Positions 44,635-53,440 of a DNA stretch of 64,000 bases are shown in pieces (the first letter of the stretch is position 1; each line of letters starts with the position of its first letter). Source of the stretch: Anaerolineales bacterium (GTDB lineage: Bacteria; Chloroflexota; Anaerolineae; Anaerolineales; UBA11579). The notes under the pieces were generated by a model. The model worked only from the letters and a program-made list of their open reading frames with translations. It was not told where the DNA came from and searched no databases. The DNA is taken from positions 73,875-137,874 of the forward strand of contig JAHBVB010000001.1 of the NCBI GenBank assembly GCA_019637805.1, in the 5' to 3' direction. Position numbers and translations under genes: made by a program.

Positions 44635-46575
44635 TTACTCCTTGCCTGTGGCAGCCGCGTGGGCATGGCCGGTGGCGGAGGCCGCCGGCATGATCACATA
44701 CGGAGAATCGATCTTGCCATAGTCATACGGCTCGCCGACCACTTCGAACGGTTCGGGGAAGTTGTGCAGCGGGGCCGGGGATGGGATGTGCCATTCCGGT
44801 GAACGGGAATTCCAGACATTGCCCTTGGCCTCCGGGCCCTTGCGGGCGCTGCGGATGAAGTTGTACAGCGCCAGGACCACCGAGAGGAAGATGGCGAAAG
44901 CCGCAATGGTGATCAGCAGATGGGTAAAGTCAAAGCCCAGCGCCGGATCGTAGTCCACGATGCGGCGGCGCATGCCCAGCAAGCCCACCAATAGCATGCC
45001 GTTGCTCAGAACCATGAAGCTGCCCCACATCAACCAGAAGTGCCACTTGCCCAACTTCTCGCTGTACATGCGCCCGGTCAGCTTGGGGAACCAGTAATAC
45101 AAGGCGGCGAAGAACGGGAAGACAAAGCCGCCGAACATGGTGTCATGGAAGTGACCGACCACGAAGTAGGTGTCGTGCAGGTGCAGGTCGGTAGCGATGG
45201 TGCCCAGCGGAGGGCCAGTGACGCCGCCCAGCAGGAAGATGATCACTGAACCGAGAGCGAAGAGCATCGGCGTGGGGAATTCCAACTTGCCTTCCCACAA
45301 AGTGGCCACCCAGCTGAAGAACTTCACGCCGGTAGGCACGGCCACCAGCAAGGTGGCATACATGAAGGGCACGCGCAGGAAGGGGCTCATGCCGGAGGCG
45401 AACATGTGGTGGGCCCACACGAAGAAGCCGATCAGGGCGATGCCCAGTGAGGACATGGCCACCGCTTTGTAGCCAAAGAGCGGCTTGCGCGAGAAGACCG
45501 GCAGCAATTCGCTGATGATGCCCAGGCCGGGCAGGATGAACACGTACACCGCCGGATGGGAATAGAACCAAAACAAGTGCTGATACAAGATCGGGTCACC
45601 GCCGGCCGTGGCGTCGAAGAAACCCATGCCGAACAAGCGCTCCAACATGACCAGCTGGAAGGACAAACCGATCATCTGCGTAGCGGTGAACTGGATGATG
45701 GAGGTAGCCAGGGCGGCCCAAACGAAGATGGGCATACGGAACATGGTCATGCCCTTGGCGCGCATGGTGAAGACGGTGACGATCACGTTGATGGCGCCGG
45801 CGATGGAGGAAAGGCCGACCAGATAGACACCGATCAGGAACATTTCCATGCCCAAAGGCGCACGTACGCTCAGCGGCGGGTACCCCACCCAGCCAGTGTC
45901 GAAACCGCCGAAGAACATGCTGCTGACCAGGATCAGGGCGCCGGGCACGTTGATCCAGAAGGCAAATGAGTTCAGGCGCGGGAAAGCCATGTCATTGGCG
46001 CCGATCATCATCGGCACCAGGTAGTTCATCAGGGCGCCAATGCCCAGCAAGTTGCCGGCGATCATCACCATGCCGTGCAGGCTCATCAGCGTATTGAAGA
46101 GATGCTCGCTGTTGTAGCCCAGCATGATCTCGAAGATATCGCTGTTCAGGAAGGTGATGCCGGACTGCGCCAGTTCGGTGCGGAAGAGCACCGCCATCAG
46201 GCCGCCGATGCCCAGCAGCAGGATGGAGGTTACACCATACTGCACGCCAATCACCTTATGGTCAAAGTCCACGCCGAAGTAGCGCATCCAGTTCGGTTTG
46301 GAGGGGTCCGGGTCAATATTCTCATTGATCGGTTTGCCCCGCGCCCAGCCCAGCCACTCGTCCAAAACGCCAACGCCCACCATAAAGGCGATGGCGCCAA
46401 TGATCACGCCGCCGACAACATGCACCTCAGTAATGTGCTGCTGCAGGGCGGCGTCCGTGCTGGAGACGGGCAAGCCCACCAGCACCCGAATGGCCATGGT
46501 CAGCGCCATGCCCACCACGGTGCCGATGATCTGGGCGATCAGACCACGTACCAGGCCTGTGGAAAGAAAACGCAT
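44635..46575 (-). CDS. ctaD: cytochrome c oxidase subunit I
   Basis: FFGHPEVY-like block WFYSHPAVYVFILPGLG, and HHMF, VVGHFH. I placed the start at ATG 46575, which follows GGAGG. Confidence 0.95.
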   Translation of the reverse strand: MRFLSTGLVRGLIAQIIGTVVGMALTMAIRVLVGLPVSSTDAALQQHITEVHVVGGVIIGAIAFMVGVGVLDEWLGWARGKPINENIDPDPSKPNWMRYFGVDFDHKVIGVQYGVTSILLLGIGGLMAVLFRTELAQSGITFLNSDIFEIMLGYNSEHLFNTLMSLHGMVMIAGNLLGIGALMNYLVPMMIGANDMAFPRLNSFAFWINVPGALILVSSMFFGGFDTGWVGYPPLSVRAPLGMEMFLIGVYLVGLSSIAGAINVIVTVFTMRAKGMTMFRMPIFVWAALATSIIQFTATQMIGLSFQLVMLERLFGMGFFDATAGGDPILYQHLFWFYSHPAVYVFILPGLGIISELLPVFSRKPLFGYKAVAMSSLGIALIGFFVWAHHMFASGMSPFLRVPFMYATLLVAVPTGVKFFSWVATLWEGKLEFPTPMLFALGSVIIFLLGGVTGPPLGTIATDLHLHDTYFVVGHFHDTMFGGFVFPFFAALYYWFPKLTGRMYSEKLGKWHFWLMWGSFMVLSNGMLLVGLLGMRRRIVDYDPALGFDFTHLLITIAAFAIFLSVVLALYNFIRSARKGPEAKGNVWNSRSPEWHIPSPAPLHNFPEPFEVVGEPYDYGKIDSPYVIMPAASATGHAHAAATGKE

Positions 46576-46591
46576 TCTGTTCCTCCTCAAC

Positions 46592-47638
46592 CTATTGCAA
46601 ACTTACGATGAAGGCAATGATTTGCTGGATCTGCTCTTCGGTCAGGCGGACAGCAAAATCTTGCGGCATGATGCCTGGCTGAAAGCCCTGCACGATCTGG
46701 GCATTGGGGTCCACGATAGACGTGTGCAAATACTCCAGGTCGGCGGTCACCACGCTGCCATCCGACAACGTGACGTCGTGGCCAAACAGCCCCAGCCAGG
46801 TGGGACCCACGCCGCTTTCCCCGGTCAGGGAGTGGCAGGCGGTGCAGCCGTAGGTGGTGGCCCAGCGCTGGCCGCATTGCTCATCGCCCAGGTTGCAGTC
46901 GCCCGCATTTTCGGCCAGCCAGGCGTCAAATTCGGCGGGGGTCACCACTTGTACATCGGCCAGCATAGCGTAATGCAGCTGGCCGCAAAGCTCGGCGCAG
47001 CGTACCTTGTAGAGGCCTTCCATATTCGGAGTAATGCGCAGTTCGCGCACAAATTCATCACCGCCGGGCAAGACATCCTGCTTGACGCGGAATTCCGGCA
47101 CCCAGAAGGAATGGATCACGTCAGCCGAGCGCATGCGCAGCACCACCTGGCGGTCTTTGGGCAGCACCAGGGTATCTGTGGAAACCGCCGTCAAAATAGT
47201 TTCGCCCGCTTCGGTCAGCACTTCCGCAGTGTATTCGAAGCGCCACACCCATTGGGAAGCGTACACATCCACGGTGAGTGCGTTGGCGTCACGGCGCTCC
47301 ACATCTGCCAGGGTGCTGGCGCCGATCACGGCCAGAATCAGCACGATCCCGATCGGAATGGCGGTCCAGATGATCTCCAGCCGGTCATTGTGCGAGACGT
47401 ATTTTCCGTCGCCGCGCTCGCCGCGTTTCCGCCGGAAGACGAAAACGCTGTAGAGTACAAAGACCGTAATGAGGGAAAAGAAAAAAGCAATCAGCCACCA
47501 GTGGATATTAAACAACCAGTCCACGGTGATGGCTTGCTCGCTGGCCTGCAGCGGAAGGATGGGCGCGTTGGTTAGGAACAAGCCCAAGCCCAGCGTAGAG
47601 GCAACCACAAGCAGGCCGACGATAACAAAATGAACCAT
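46592..47638 (-). CDS. ctaC: cytochrome c oxidase subunit II with C-terminal cytochrome c domain
   Basis: CuA site HSFWVPEF...CAELCGQLHYAM and heme c site CTACHS. I placed the start at MVHF (47638), which follows GGAGGAG. Confidence 0.9.
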   Translation of the reverse strand: MVHFVIVGLLVVASTLGLGLFLTNAPILPLQASEQAITVDWLFNIHWWLIAFFFSLITVFVLYSVFVFRRKRGERGDGKYVSHNDRLEIIWTAIPIGIVLILAVIGASTLADVERRDANALTVDVYASQWVWRFEYTAEVLTEAGETILTAVSTDTLVLPKDRQVVLRMRSADVIHSFWVPEFRVKQDVLPGGDEFVRELRITPNMEGLYKVRCAELCGQLHYAMLADVQVVTPAEFDAWLAENAGDCNLGDEQCGQRWATTYGCTACHSLTGESGVGPTWLGLFGHDVTLSDGSVVTADLEYLHTSIVDPNAQIVQGFQPGIMPQDFAVRLTEEQIQQIIAFIVSLQ

Positions 47639-47698
47639 GCGAATCTCCTCCGAGAATCCTCTCAGCCACAAGCCTTGCCGCTGCCAGCAGCAAAAATC

Positions 47699-47719
47699 GT
47701 GCAATTAAGCATATTGCAC
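47699..47719. promoter_or_regulatory. perfect palindrome GTGCAAT-N7-ATTGCAC in the oxidase operon leader
   Basis: Read directly. It lies about 17-37 nt downstream of the predicted TSS. Confidence 0.35.
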
Positions 47720-47742
47720 TTGTGCGGAAAGGTACGAAAGGC

Positions 47743-47751
47743 AGTATATCA
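47743..47751 (-). promoter_or_regulatory. extended -10 promoter TGATATACT for the oxidase operon
   Basis: Minus strand 47751-47743. A TTGCCT -35-like hexamer lies upstream with a short spacer. Confidence 0.4.
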
Positions 47752-47780
47752 TAATTGGGCTTTAGGCAAATCTTTGGCGT

Positions 47781-48254
47781 TTAAGCCGCGCCCAAGCCCT
47801 CCAGCACGTCCAAGACCTTGGAACTATGCTTAGGTACGCTTACTTTTTCGAAGATTTTGGCGATCTTGCCCTCAGCGTCGATCACGAAGGTGCTGCGCAC
47901 GACGCCCCAATATTTGCGCCCATACATGGACTTTTCCTGCCAAACACCGTACAGCTCGCAGACCGCATGCTGCGGGTCGGCCAGCAGCGGGAAGGGCAGG
48001 TCGTGCTTGGTCTTGAACTTCTGGTGAGAGGCTTCGCTGTCCGGGCTGACGCCGAGGACGACGGCGCCCTGGCTCTGGTAGCGCTGGTAACTGTCACGGA
48101 AATCGCAGGCCTGTTGGGTGCAGCCGGGGGTGTCATCCTTGGGATAGAAGTAGAGCACGACAGTCTGGCCGCGATAGTCTGAAAGTTTGTGGGTTTTGCC
48201 GGTTTCGTCGTTCAGGCTAAAGTCTGGGGCCGGTTGACCTTCTTTGATTGCCAT
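47781..48254 (-). CDS. bcp: thiol peroxidase / peroxiredoxin Bcp
   Basis: VVLYFYPKDDTPGCTQQACDFRD. Confidence 0.9.
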   Translation of the reverse strand: MAIKEGQPAPDFSLNDETGKTHKLSDYRGQTVVLYFYPKDDTPGCTQQACDFRDSYQRYQSQGAVVLGVSPDSEASHQKFKTKHDLPFPLLADPQHAVCELYGVWQEKSMYGRKYWGVVRSTFVIDAEGKIAKIFEKVSVPKHSSKVLDVLEGLGAA

Positions 48255-48336
48255 AAATCACCTGTATTTGCGAGTAGTGGATAGGTTCTTTCATTATAGC
48301 TAGGCATGCGCGGGACTGCCAGCGCATGGCTTGCCC

Positions 48337-49254
48337 CTAGCGCGTCCAAAATGAATAGGCCAGCAAATAACTGGCGGCGACGCTGAGCGCTACGGCGTTG
48401 AGCGTCAGCGCGCTCCAGTGCGGGCGCATGCCATCACCAATGCGGCCCAAGTACCAAACCTGCATCAGGGCCAGCGGCAGGCTGAGCCAGGGCGGGAAGG
48501 CGATGGCGGCGGGCAGCCCAGCCACGAAAGCCGCGGCGAAGAGCGCATACGCAATGAAGACACAGGCATGGTGCATTTGCAGGCCGCGCTGCCAGCCCAG
48601 GCGCACCAGCAGGGTTTGCTTGTCCGCCCTCAGATCGCTCGCATAGTCGGGGAACTCCAGGGCCAGCATGGAGGCGAAGGTCAGCATAGTGAGCGGGAAG
48701 GTGCTGAGCGCCAACAGGCGGTGCAGCTCGCCGGCCTGCAAGGCAAAGCCGAGCGCCGGCAGCAGGTTGGCCAGCAAGACCACGGTGGTCAGCTCCCCAT
48801 AGCCGCTGCTGGCCAGGCGCACCGGCGGTACCGAGTAGAGCACGGCCCCCAGGGCGATCAGCAGCAGGAGCAGGCTGACCAAGGGAGACAGGGCGCCTTG
48901 CAACAGCAGCGTGAGGGTCACCAGGGCGGTCAGTGTGAGCATGCTATAGGCGGCGGCCAGCGCCACCACCGGGCGCAGTTGGCCCGGGCCGGCGCCCAGC
49001 ACGCCGCTGCCGCCGGAAAACGGGGTGCGCTGCGGATTGAGCGCGTCGCCGGGGTAATCGAAGTACTCGTTAAGGTAGTGGGTCGCCAGCTGCAGGCTGC
49101 TGACCCACAACTGGCCCAGCAGGGCCAGGTTCCAATCGATGCTGACGCCCAGGTAGCGAGCGATGCCCAGACCCAGGGCATAGTTCAGCACCCCACCCAG
49201 CAAAAACAACGGTCGAGAGAGGCGCAGGAACAAGACCAGGGGATTGGCTCTCAT
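48337..49254 (-). CDS. UbiA-family prenyltransferase
   Basis: 9 TM, with the Asp-rich motif NEYFDYPGD. Confidence 0.7.
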   Translation of the reverse strand: MRANPLVLFLRLSRPLFLLGGVLNYALGLGIARYLGVSIDWNLALLGQLWVSSLQLATHYLNEYFDYPGDALNPQRTPFSGGSGVLGAGPGQLRPVVALAAAYSMLTLTALVTLTLLLQGALSPLVSLLLLLIALGAVLYSVPPVRLASSGYGELTTVVLLANLLPALGFALQAGELHRLLALSTFPLTMLTFASMLALEFPDYASDLRADKQTLLVRLGWQRGLQMHHACVFIAYALFAAAFVAGLPAAIAFPPWLSLPLALMQVWYLGRIGDGMRPHWSALTLNAVALSVAASYLLAYSFWTR

Positions 49255-49256
49255 GG

Positions 49257-49649
49257 TCAGGCCGGCTGGTCAGCCAGGTGCGGTTCGCTGTGGGTGCTTA
49301 GGACCAACAGGCGGGCAGGGCCGGCCGCCTGCAGGGTGCAGGCCACGCCGAAGGGCAGCAGCAGACCCTGCGGCTGGGCGGCGTCCAGGGTCAGGCTGAC
49401 CGCCGCGCCGTGGGAGGGAGACTGCGGGCGGCGGTCCTCCAGCTGCAGGTCCACCCGGCCGTCCAGCGCGAAGCAGATGCGGTCAGCCTCGCCGCGCAGG
49501 CCGGCGTTGTGCGCCTGGCCAGCGGCCAGGATCAGCAGGTCCAGCTGGCCAAAGCGGCGCAGCAGGTGCTGCTGATTGCTGAGTAGGGTCAGCTGGCCGT
49601 CCGCGGCCTCCAGCGGGAAAAGCAGCATATCGTGAATTCCTGAGGGCAT
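49257..49649 (-). CDS. hypothetical (cupin-like) protein co-transcribed with the prenyltransferase
   Basis: 130 aa starting from MPSG (49649). Its stop lies 2 nt from the downstream ATG. Confidence 0.35.
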   Translation of the reverse strand: MPSGIHDMLLFPLEAADGQLTLLSNQQHLLRRFGQLDLLILAAGQAHNAGLRGEADRICFALDGRVDLQLEDRRPQSPSHGAAVSLTLDAAQPQGLLLPFGVACTLQAAGPARLLVLSTHSEPHLADQPA

Positions 49650-49720
49650 GCGCAGGATTATAACGGGCCGCGCAGGCCGGCGTTCCGTGTTACAAAGTGA
49701 GCTCAATCTCAAGGAGTTGC

Positions 49721-50587
49721 ATGAACACCGGTCTTCTGTACATTACTACGGCATTGTTTTGGGGGCTTACCTGGCTGGCGATGAAGTTCCAACTGGGCCA
49801 AGTGGCCCCCGAGTGGTCGGTGGTCTACCGTTTCCTCTTGGCGGCGGCGCTCTTCTTTATATATGCCTGGTGGCGCAAACTGAACCTGCGCTACAGCCTG
49901 CAGGCGCATGGTTTGATGGCCCTGCAGGGCATCCTGATGTTCGCGTTCAACTACATCCTGCTGTATTTCGCCGGCTTCAGCCTGACCAGCGGCCTGGTGG
50001 CTCTGCTGTTCTCCACGGTGGTGCTGTTCAATGTGCTGTTCGGCACGCTGATCCTGCGCAACCCACTGCAGCCGCGCGTGCTGCTGGGCGCCCTGCTGGG
50101 CCTGGGCGGCCTGGCGCTGATCTTTGCGCCGGAGGTGCAGGGCGTGAACTTTGGCGGCGCCCAGCTGAGCGGCATTCTGCTGACCCTGGGCGGGGCTGCC
50201 TCGGTCTCCCTCGGGCAAATGACAGCGGTGCGCAACCAGCGTCACCAGATCCCGGTGGTGCAGCTGAATGCGTACAGCATGCTGTATGGCGCCTTGTTCT
50301 GTGCCCTGGTGGCGCTGCTGCGCGGCGTGCCCCCAACCCTGGAGAGCGACCCGCGCTATGTGCTCTCATTGTTGTACCTGGCCGTCTTCGGCTCGGTGTT
50401 CGCGTTTTGGATGTACCTGACCCTGCTGCAGCGCCTAGGCCCGGACCGGGCGGGCTACGTGACCGTGCTGGTGCCGCTGGTGGCGCTGGTGGTCTCGGTC
50501 TTTTATGAAGGTCTGGAATTGGGGGCGCTGCAGTTGGGCGGCGTGGGCCTGGTACTGCTGGGCAACGCCCTGGCGCAGAGGAAATAG
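49721..50587 (+). CDS. EamA/DMT-family transporter
   Basis: AAGGAG RBS then ATG 49721. 10 TM helices. Confidence 0.75.
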   Translation: MNTGLLYITTALFWGLTWLAMKFQLGQVAPEWSVVYRFLLAAALFFIYAWWRKLNLRYSLQAHGLMALQGILMFAFNYILLYFAGFSLTSGLVALLFSTVVLFNVLFGTLILRNPLQPRVLLGALLGLGGLALIFAPEVQGVNFGGAQLSGILLTLGGAASVSLGQMTAVRNQRHQIPVVQLNAYSMLYGALFCALVALLRGVPPTLESDPRYVLSLLYLAVFGSVFAFWMYLTLLQRLGPDRAGYVTVLVPLVALVVSVFYEGLELGALQLGGVGLVLLGNALAQRK

Positions 50588-50589
50588 CT

Positions 50590-50785
50590 GTTTAGCGGAT
50601 AGCTATTGGCAACTAGCTATTAGCCGACCAGAGACATTTATTGCTGTCAGCCCATAGTACGGGCGCACGCCGTGCACCTGTACCCGTTATTGATAAACGC
50701 ATGGAGAATGCGTAGTAGCTAGGCCTATCCTGAGCGCAGCAAAGGGATGTTGCGCTTTAGCTGATAGCTATTAGCTAAAGCGATC
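50590..50785. repeat. cluster of short palindromic repeats (ATAGCTATTRGC copies, GCTTTAGCT...AGCTAAAGC hairpin, ATCCTGAGCGCAGC motif)
   Basis: Read directly. GATAGCTATTGGC, CTAGCTATTAGCC and GATAGCTATTAGCT are present. The hairpin GTACGGGCGCACG/CGTGCACCTGTAC is also present. Confidence 0.6.
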
Positions 50786-50907
50786 AGCCGCTCTCGCCAT
50801 CGCGTCGCCCTGAGCGGGTACTCAGCCCTTTACCTGGACGCCGGGAGCCTGACCAGCGAAGGGCTTTCGATGCCCTGTCTTCCCCATGACTGCGGTGATA
50901 ACAGCAC

Positions 50908-51405
50908 CTACCGCCGCAGCTTGGGCAGCCAGCGCGGCACGCGGGCTTTGTAGTCGCGGTAGTTTTGGCCGAAGCGCTGCTCCAACCCCGGCTCCTCTGA
51001 CAAGACAAAGTAGGCATGGTTGATGAGCACGAAGGCCAGCGCCCACAGGGCCAGGGCCGGGCTGCGCAGCCACAGCGCTTGGCCCGCCAGCATGGCGGCC
51101 ACGCCGCTGATCATCGGGTTGCGCGTATAGGCGTAGGGGCCGGCGGCCACCAGCGCCTGGGTCGGGTCCCAGGGCGCCAGGGTACCACGCCCCACCCGGA
51201 AGAAGAGCCAAACGCACCAGGCAAACAAGAGCAACCCGGCCAGGAGGAGCAGCGCACCCAGGCCGCGCAGCAGCGGGGCGTCTGCTGCCAGGCCGCCGAA
51301 GCGCTCGTATAGCAGCCAGGGTAGCACAACAGTGACCATGAAGGGCAGCAGCAGGATGGAGAGCAGGTGGCGAGACACTCTTGGATTCATCATCCTTTGT
51401 TTCAT
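50908..51405 (-). CDS. isoprenylcysteine carboxyl / phospholipid methyltransferase family membrane protein
   Basis: YAYTRNPMISGVAAMLAGQAL...EEPGLEQRFGQNYRDYKARVPRWLP. Confidence 0.75.
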   Translation of the reverse strand: MKQRMMNPRVSRHLLSILLLPFMVTVVLPWLLYERFGGLAADAPLLRGLGALLLLAGLLLFAWCVWLFFRVGRGTLAPWDPTQALVAAGPYAYTRNPMISGVAAMLAGQALWLRSPALALWALAFVLINHAYFVLSEEPGLEQRFGQNYRDYKARVPRWLPKLRR

Positions 51406-52376
51406 CCTTCTTTCAATTCCGCGCCCAACGCCGCGGGCGGCGCGGCCTGCATCAGACCACGCAGGGGCCGCTGCAGCGGGGCCGGCAGGCGGGCCAGCAG
51501 CTGGCCGCCCAGGCGGCCGCTGACCACCAACAAGACCAGCAGCATCAGCAGCCAGGGCAGCGCATTCAAGACCACCACGGAGGACTCGCCCAGGCTGCGC
51601 TGCAAGACCACCGAGATCACCGAGCGGGTGGCCACGAAAAGCAGCACGCCCAGCGCCCCGCGCAGCGGCGACCAGCCGCCAAAAATGACGATGGCCAAGG
51701 CGATCCAGCCCAGGCCGCGGGTGTGGCCCTCGGCCCAGCCGATCTTGACGTCCAGCGAGTAGGCCGCGCCGGCCACGCCGACCAGCGCCCCGCCCAGCAC
51801 GGCGTAGGCGTAGCGCAGCTTGCGCACCGCCACGCCGCGGGCGAAGGCCGCCTCAGGGCGTTCGCCGGCGCTGCGCAGCGCCAGGCCGGGCCGCGAGTGA
51901 AAGATCCACCAGGTGCTGGCCAAAGTGAGCGCCAGGGCGAAATAGACCACTAAGTCCTGGTTGAACACGATCGGCCCCAGCACCGGAATGTCCTTCAACC
52001 ATGGGATGGGCAGGCGCGGCACCCAGATGCCCGGCAGGCGGGTGAAGTTCTGGCCCAGGAAGGCGCTTAGGCTGTCGCCCAACAGGGTCAGCACGAAGCC
52101 GACCGCCACCTGGCTCTGGCGCAGGGCCAGGCTCCCGAAGGCGACGACCAAAGCCATCAAGGCCCCCACCCCAGCTCCCGCCAAAAAGCCTAGCAGCAGA
52201 CTGTTGCTTACATAAGCGGCGGCAAAGCCCGCCATGGCGGAGAGCAGCAGGCTGCCATCCAGCGAAAGGTTGACCACGCCGGCGCGCTCGCTGAGCGTCT
52301 CGCCACACACGGCGATGATCAGCGGCGAAGATTGCAAGACGATCGAGGCGGCAATCGCGATCCAGTTGGCATCCAT
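51402..52376 (-). CDS. ABC transporter permease (BMP/nucleoside-type system)
   Basis: 324 aa polytopic protein, ribose/BMP-type permease fold. Overlapping stop/start with its neighbours. Confidence 0.8.
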   Translation of the reverse strand: MDANWIAIAASIVLQSSPLIIAVCGETLSERAGVVNLSLDGSLLLSAMAGFAAAYVSNSLLLGFLAGAGVGALMALVVAFGSLALRQSQVAVGFVLTLLGDSLSAFLGQNFTRLPGIWVPRLPIPWLKDIPVLGPIVFNQDLVVYFALALTLASTWWIFHSRPGLALRSAGERPEAAFARGVAVRKLRYAYAVLGGALVGVAGAAYSLDVKIGWAEGHTRGLGWIALAIVIFGGWSPLRGALGVLLFVATRSVISVVLQRSLGESSVVVLNALPWLLMLLVLLVVSGRLGGQLLARLPAPLQRPLRGLMQAAPPAALGAELKEG

Positions 52377-53440
52377 CAGCTTTGCCTCCCGGGCGTGCGC
52401 CTGGCGGAGCGCACTTCAGACCACCAGGTCTGCAAGCGTTCCCGGTCGCCAAACAAAAGCACCAGCAGCACCATCACGCCGGTGAGGATATCACCCAGCG
52501 AAGAGTGCAGCTGGGTGCGTAGCTGCAGGACAATGCTGCCGCTCAATACTGACGCAAAAAAGAAGGCCACCAGCGGCGTCCAGAACAAACGGAAAGCAGC
52601 CAGGATCACGACCATCAACGCCAGGTAGCCGATGCCGCCGGAAATGCTCTGGCGCAGGCTGTCGAACCAGCTGAGCACGCGCACCGCCCCACCCAGCCCG
52701 GCCAGCGCGCCGCAAAAGCCCATGGCCAGCAATGTCTCCCGCCGGCTGGAGACGCCCAGCAGCAGAGCGGAGCGCGGGTTGCGGCCCAGCGCCTTGAGGC
52801 GCAGGCCCCAGCTGCTGTTGCGCAGCGCCAGCACCACCAGGCCAAAGGCCAGCCCAGCCAGCGCCAGGGCCACCAGGCTGAAGCGCGTACTGCCCACCAG
52901 GGGCAGCAGCGCATCGGCATGGAAAGGGGCCGTGCCGCGGAAGCTGCCGCCCTCGGGCGGCTGCCAGGGTCCGGAAATCAGGAAATTGGTGAGGATCACC
53001 GCCAGATTGTTGAGCGCCAAGCCGCCAAAGATCTCGTGCACGCCCCAACGCTTGAGCAGACCGGCCAGGGCCGCCCACAGCGCGCCGGCGGCCATGGCGG
53101 CCAGCACTTCGAGGCTGATCTGCAGCGGCGCGGGCAGTTGCAGCGAAAGCGCCACCCAACTGGCGCCGATGGCGCCCAGAATAAATTGCCCTTCAATGCC
53201 GATGTTCCACAAACCCGCCCGAAAGCTGACCAGCAGGCCCAGGGCGCTGAGCAGCAGCGGGATCCAGAACGCTACAGTGGTCAGCAGGCGGTCCTGATTG
53301 CCGAAAGCGCCCTGCCACATGGCGCTGAAGGCTTCAGCGGGAGAGGTGCCAAAGGTGACCAGCAGCAAGCTGGTGAGCAGCAGCGCCGCCAACACCGGCG
53401 CCAGCGTCCACAGTTGGGCCAGCCAGGCTGGGCGGGTCAC
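52376..53440 (-). CDS. ABC transporter permease (BMP/nucleoside-type system)
   Basis: 354 aa polytopic protein, paired with the downstream permease. Confidence 0.8.
   Translation of the reverse strand: MTRPAWLAQLWTLAPVLAALLLTSLLLVTFGTSPAEAFSAMWQGAFGNQDRLLTTVAFWIPLLLSALGLLVSFRAGLWNIGIEGQFILGAIGASWVALSLQLPAPLQISLEVLAAMAAGALWAALAGLLKRWGVHEIFGGLALNNLAVILTNFLISGPWQPPEGGSFRGTAPFHADALLPLVGSTRFSLVALALAGLAFGLVVLALRNSSWGLRLKALGRNPRSALLLGVSSRRETLLAMGFCGALAGLGGAVRVLSWFDSLRQSISGGIGYLALMVVILAAFRLFWTPLVAFFFASVLSGSIVLQLRTQLHSSLGDILTGVMVLLVLLFGDRERLQTWWSEVRSARRTPGRQS

Noticed and set aside
50784-51217. ORFs 50784-51017 and 50822-51217 on the minus strand as possible small genes in the repeat-rich gap.
   Set aside because: They are alternative frames overlapping the well-supported ICMT-family gene (50908-51405) and the repeat patch. 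Their composition is Arg/Pro/Gly-rich and they lack start signals.
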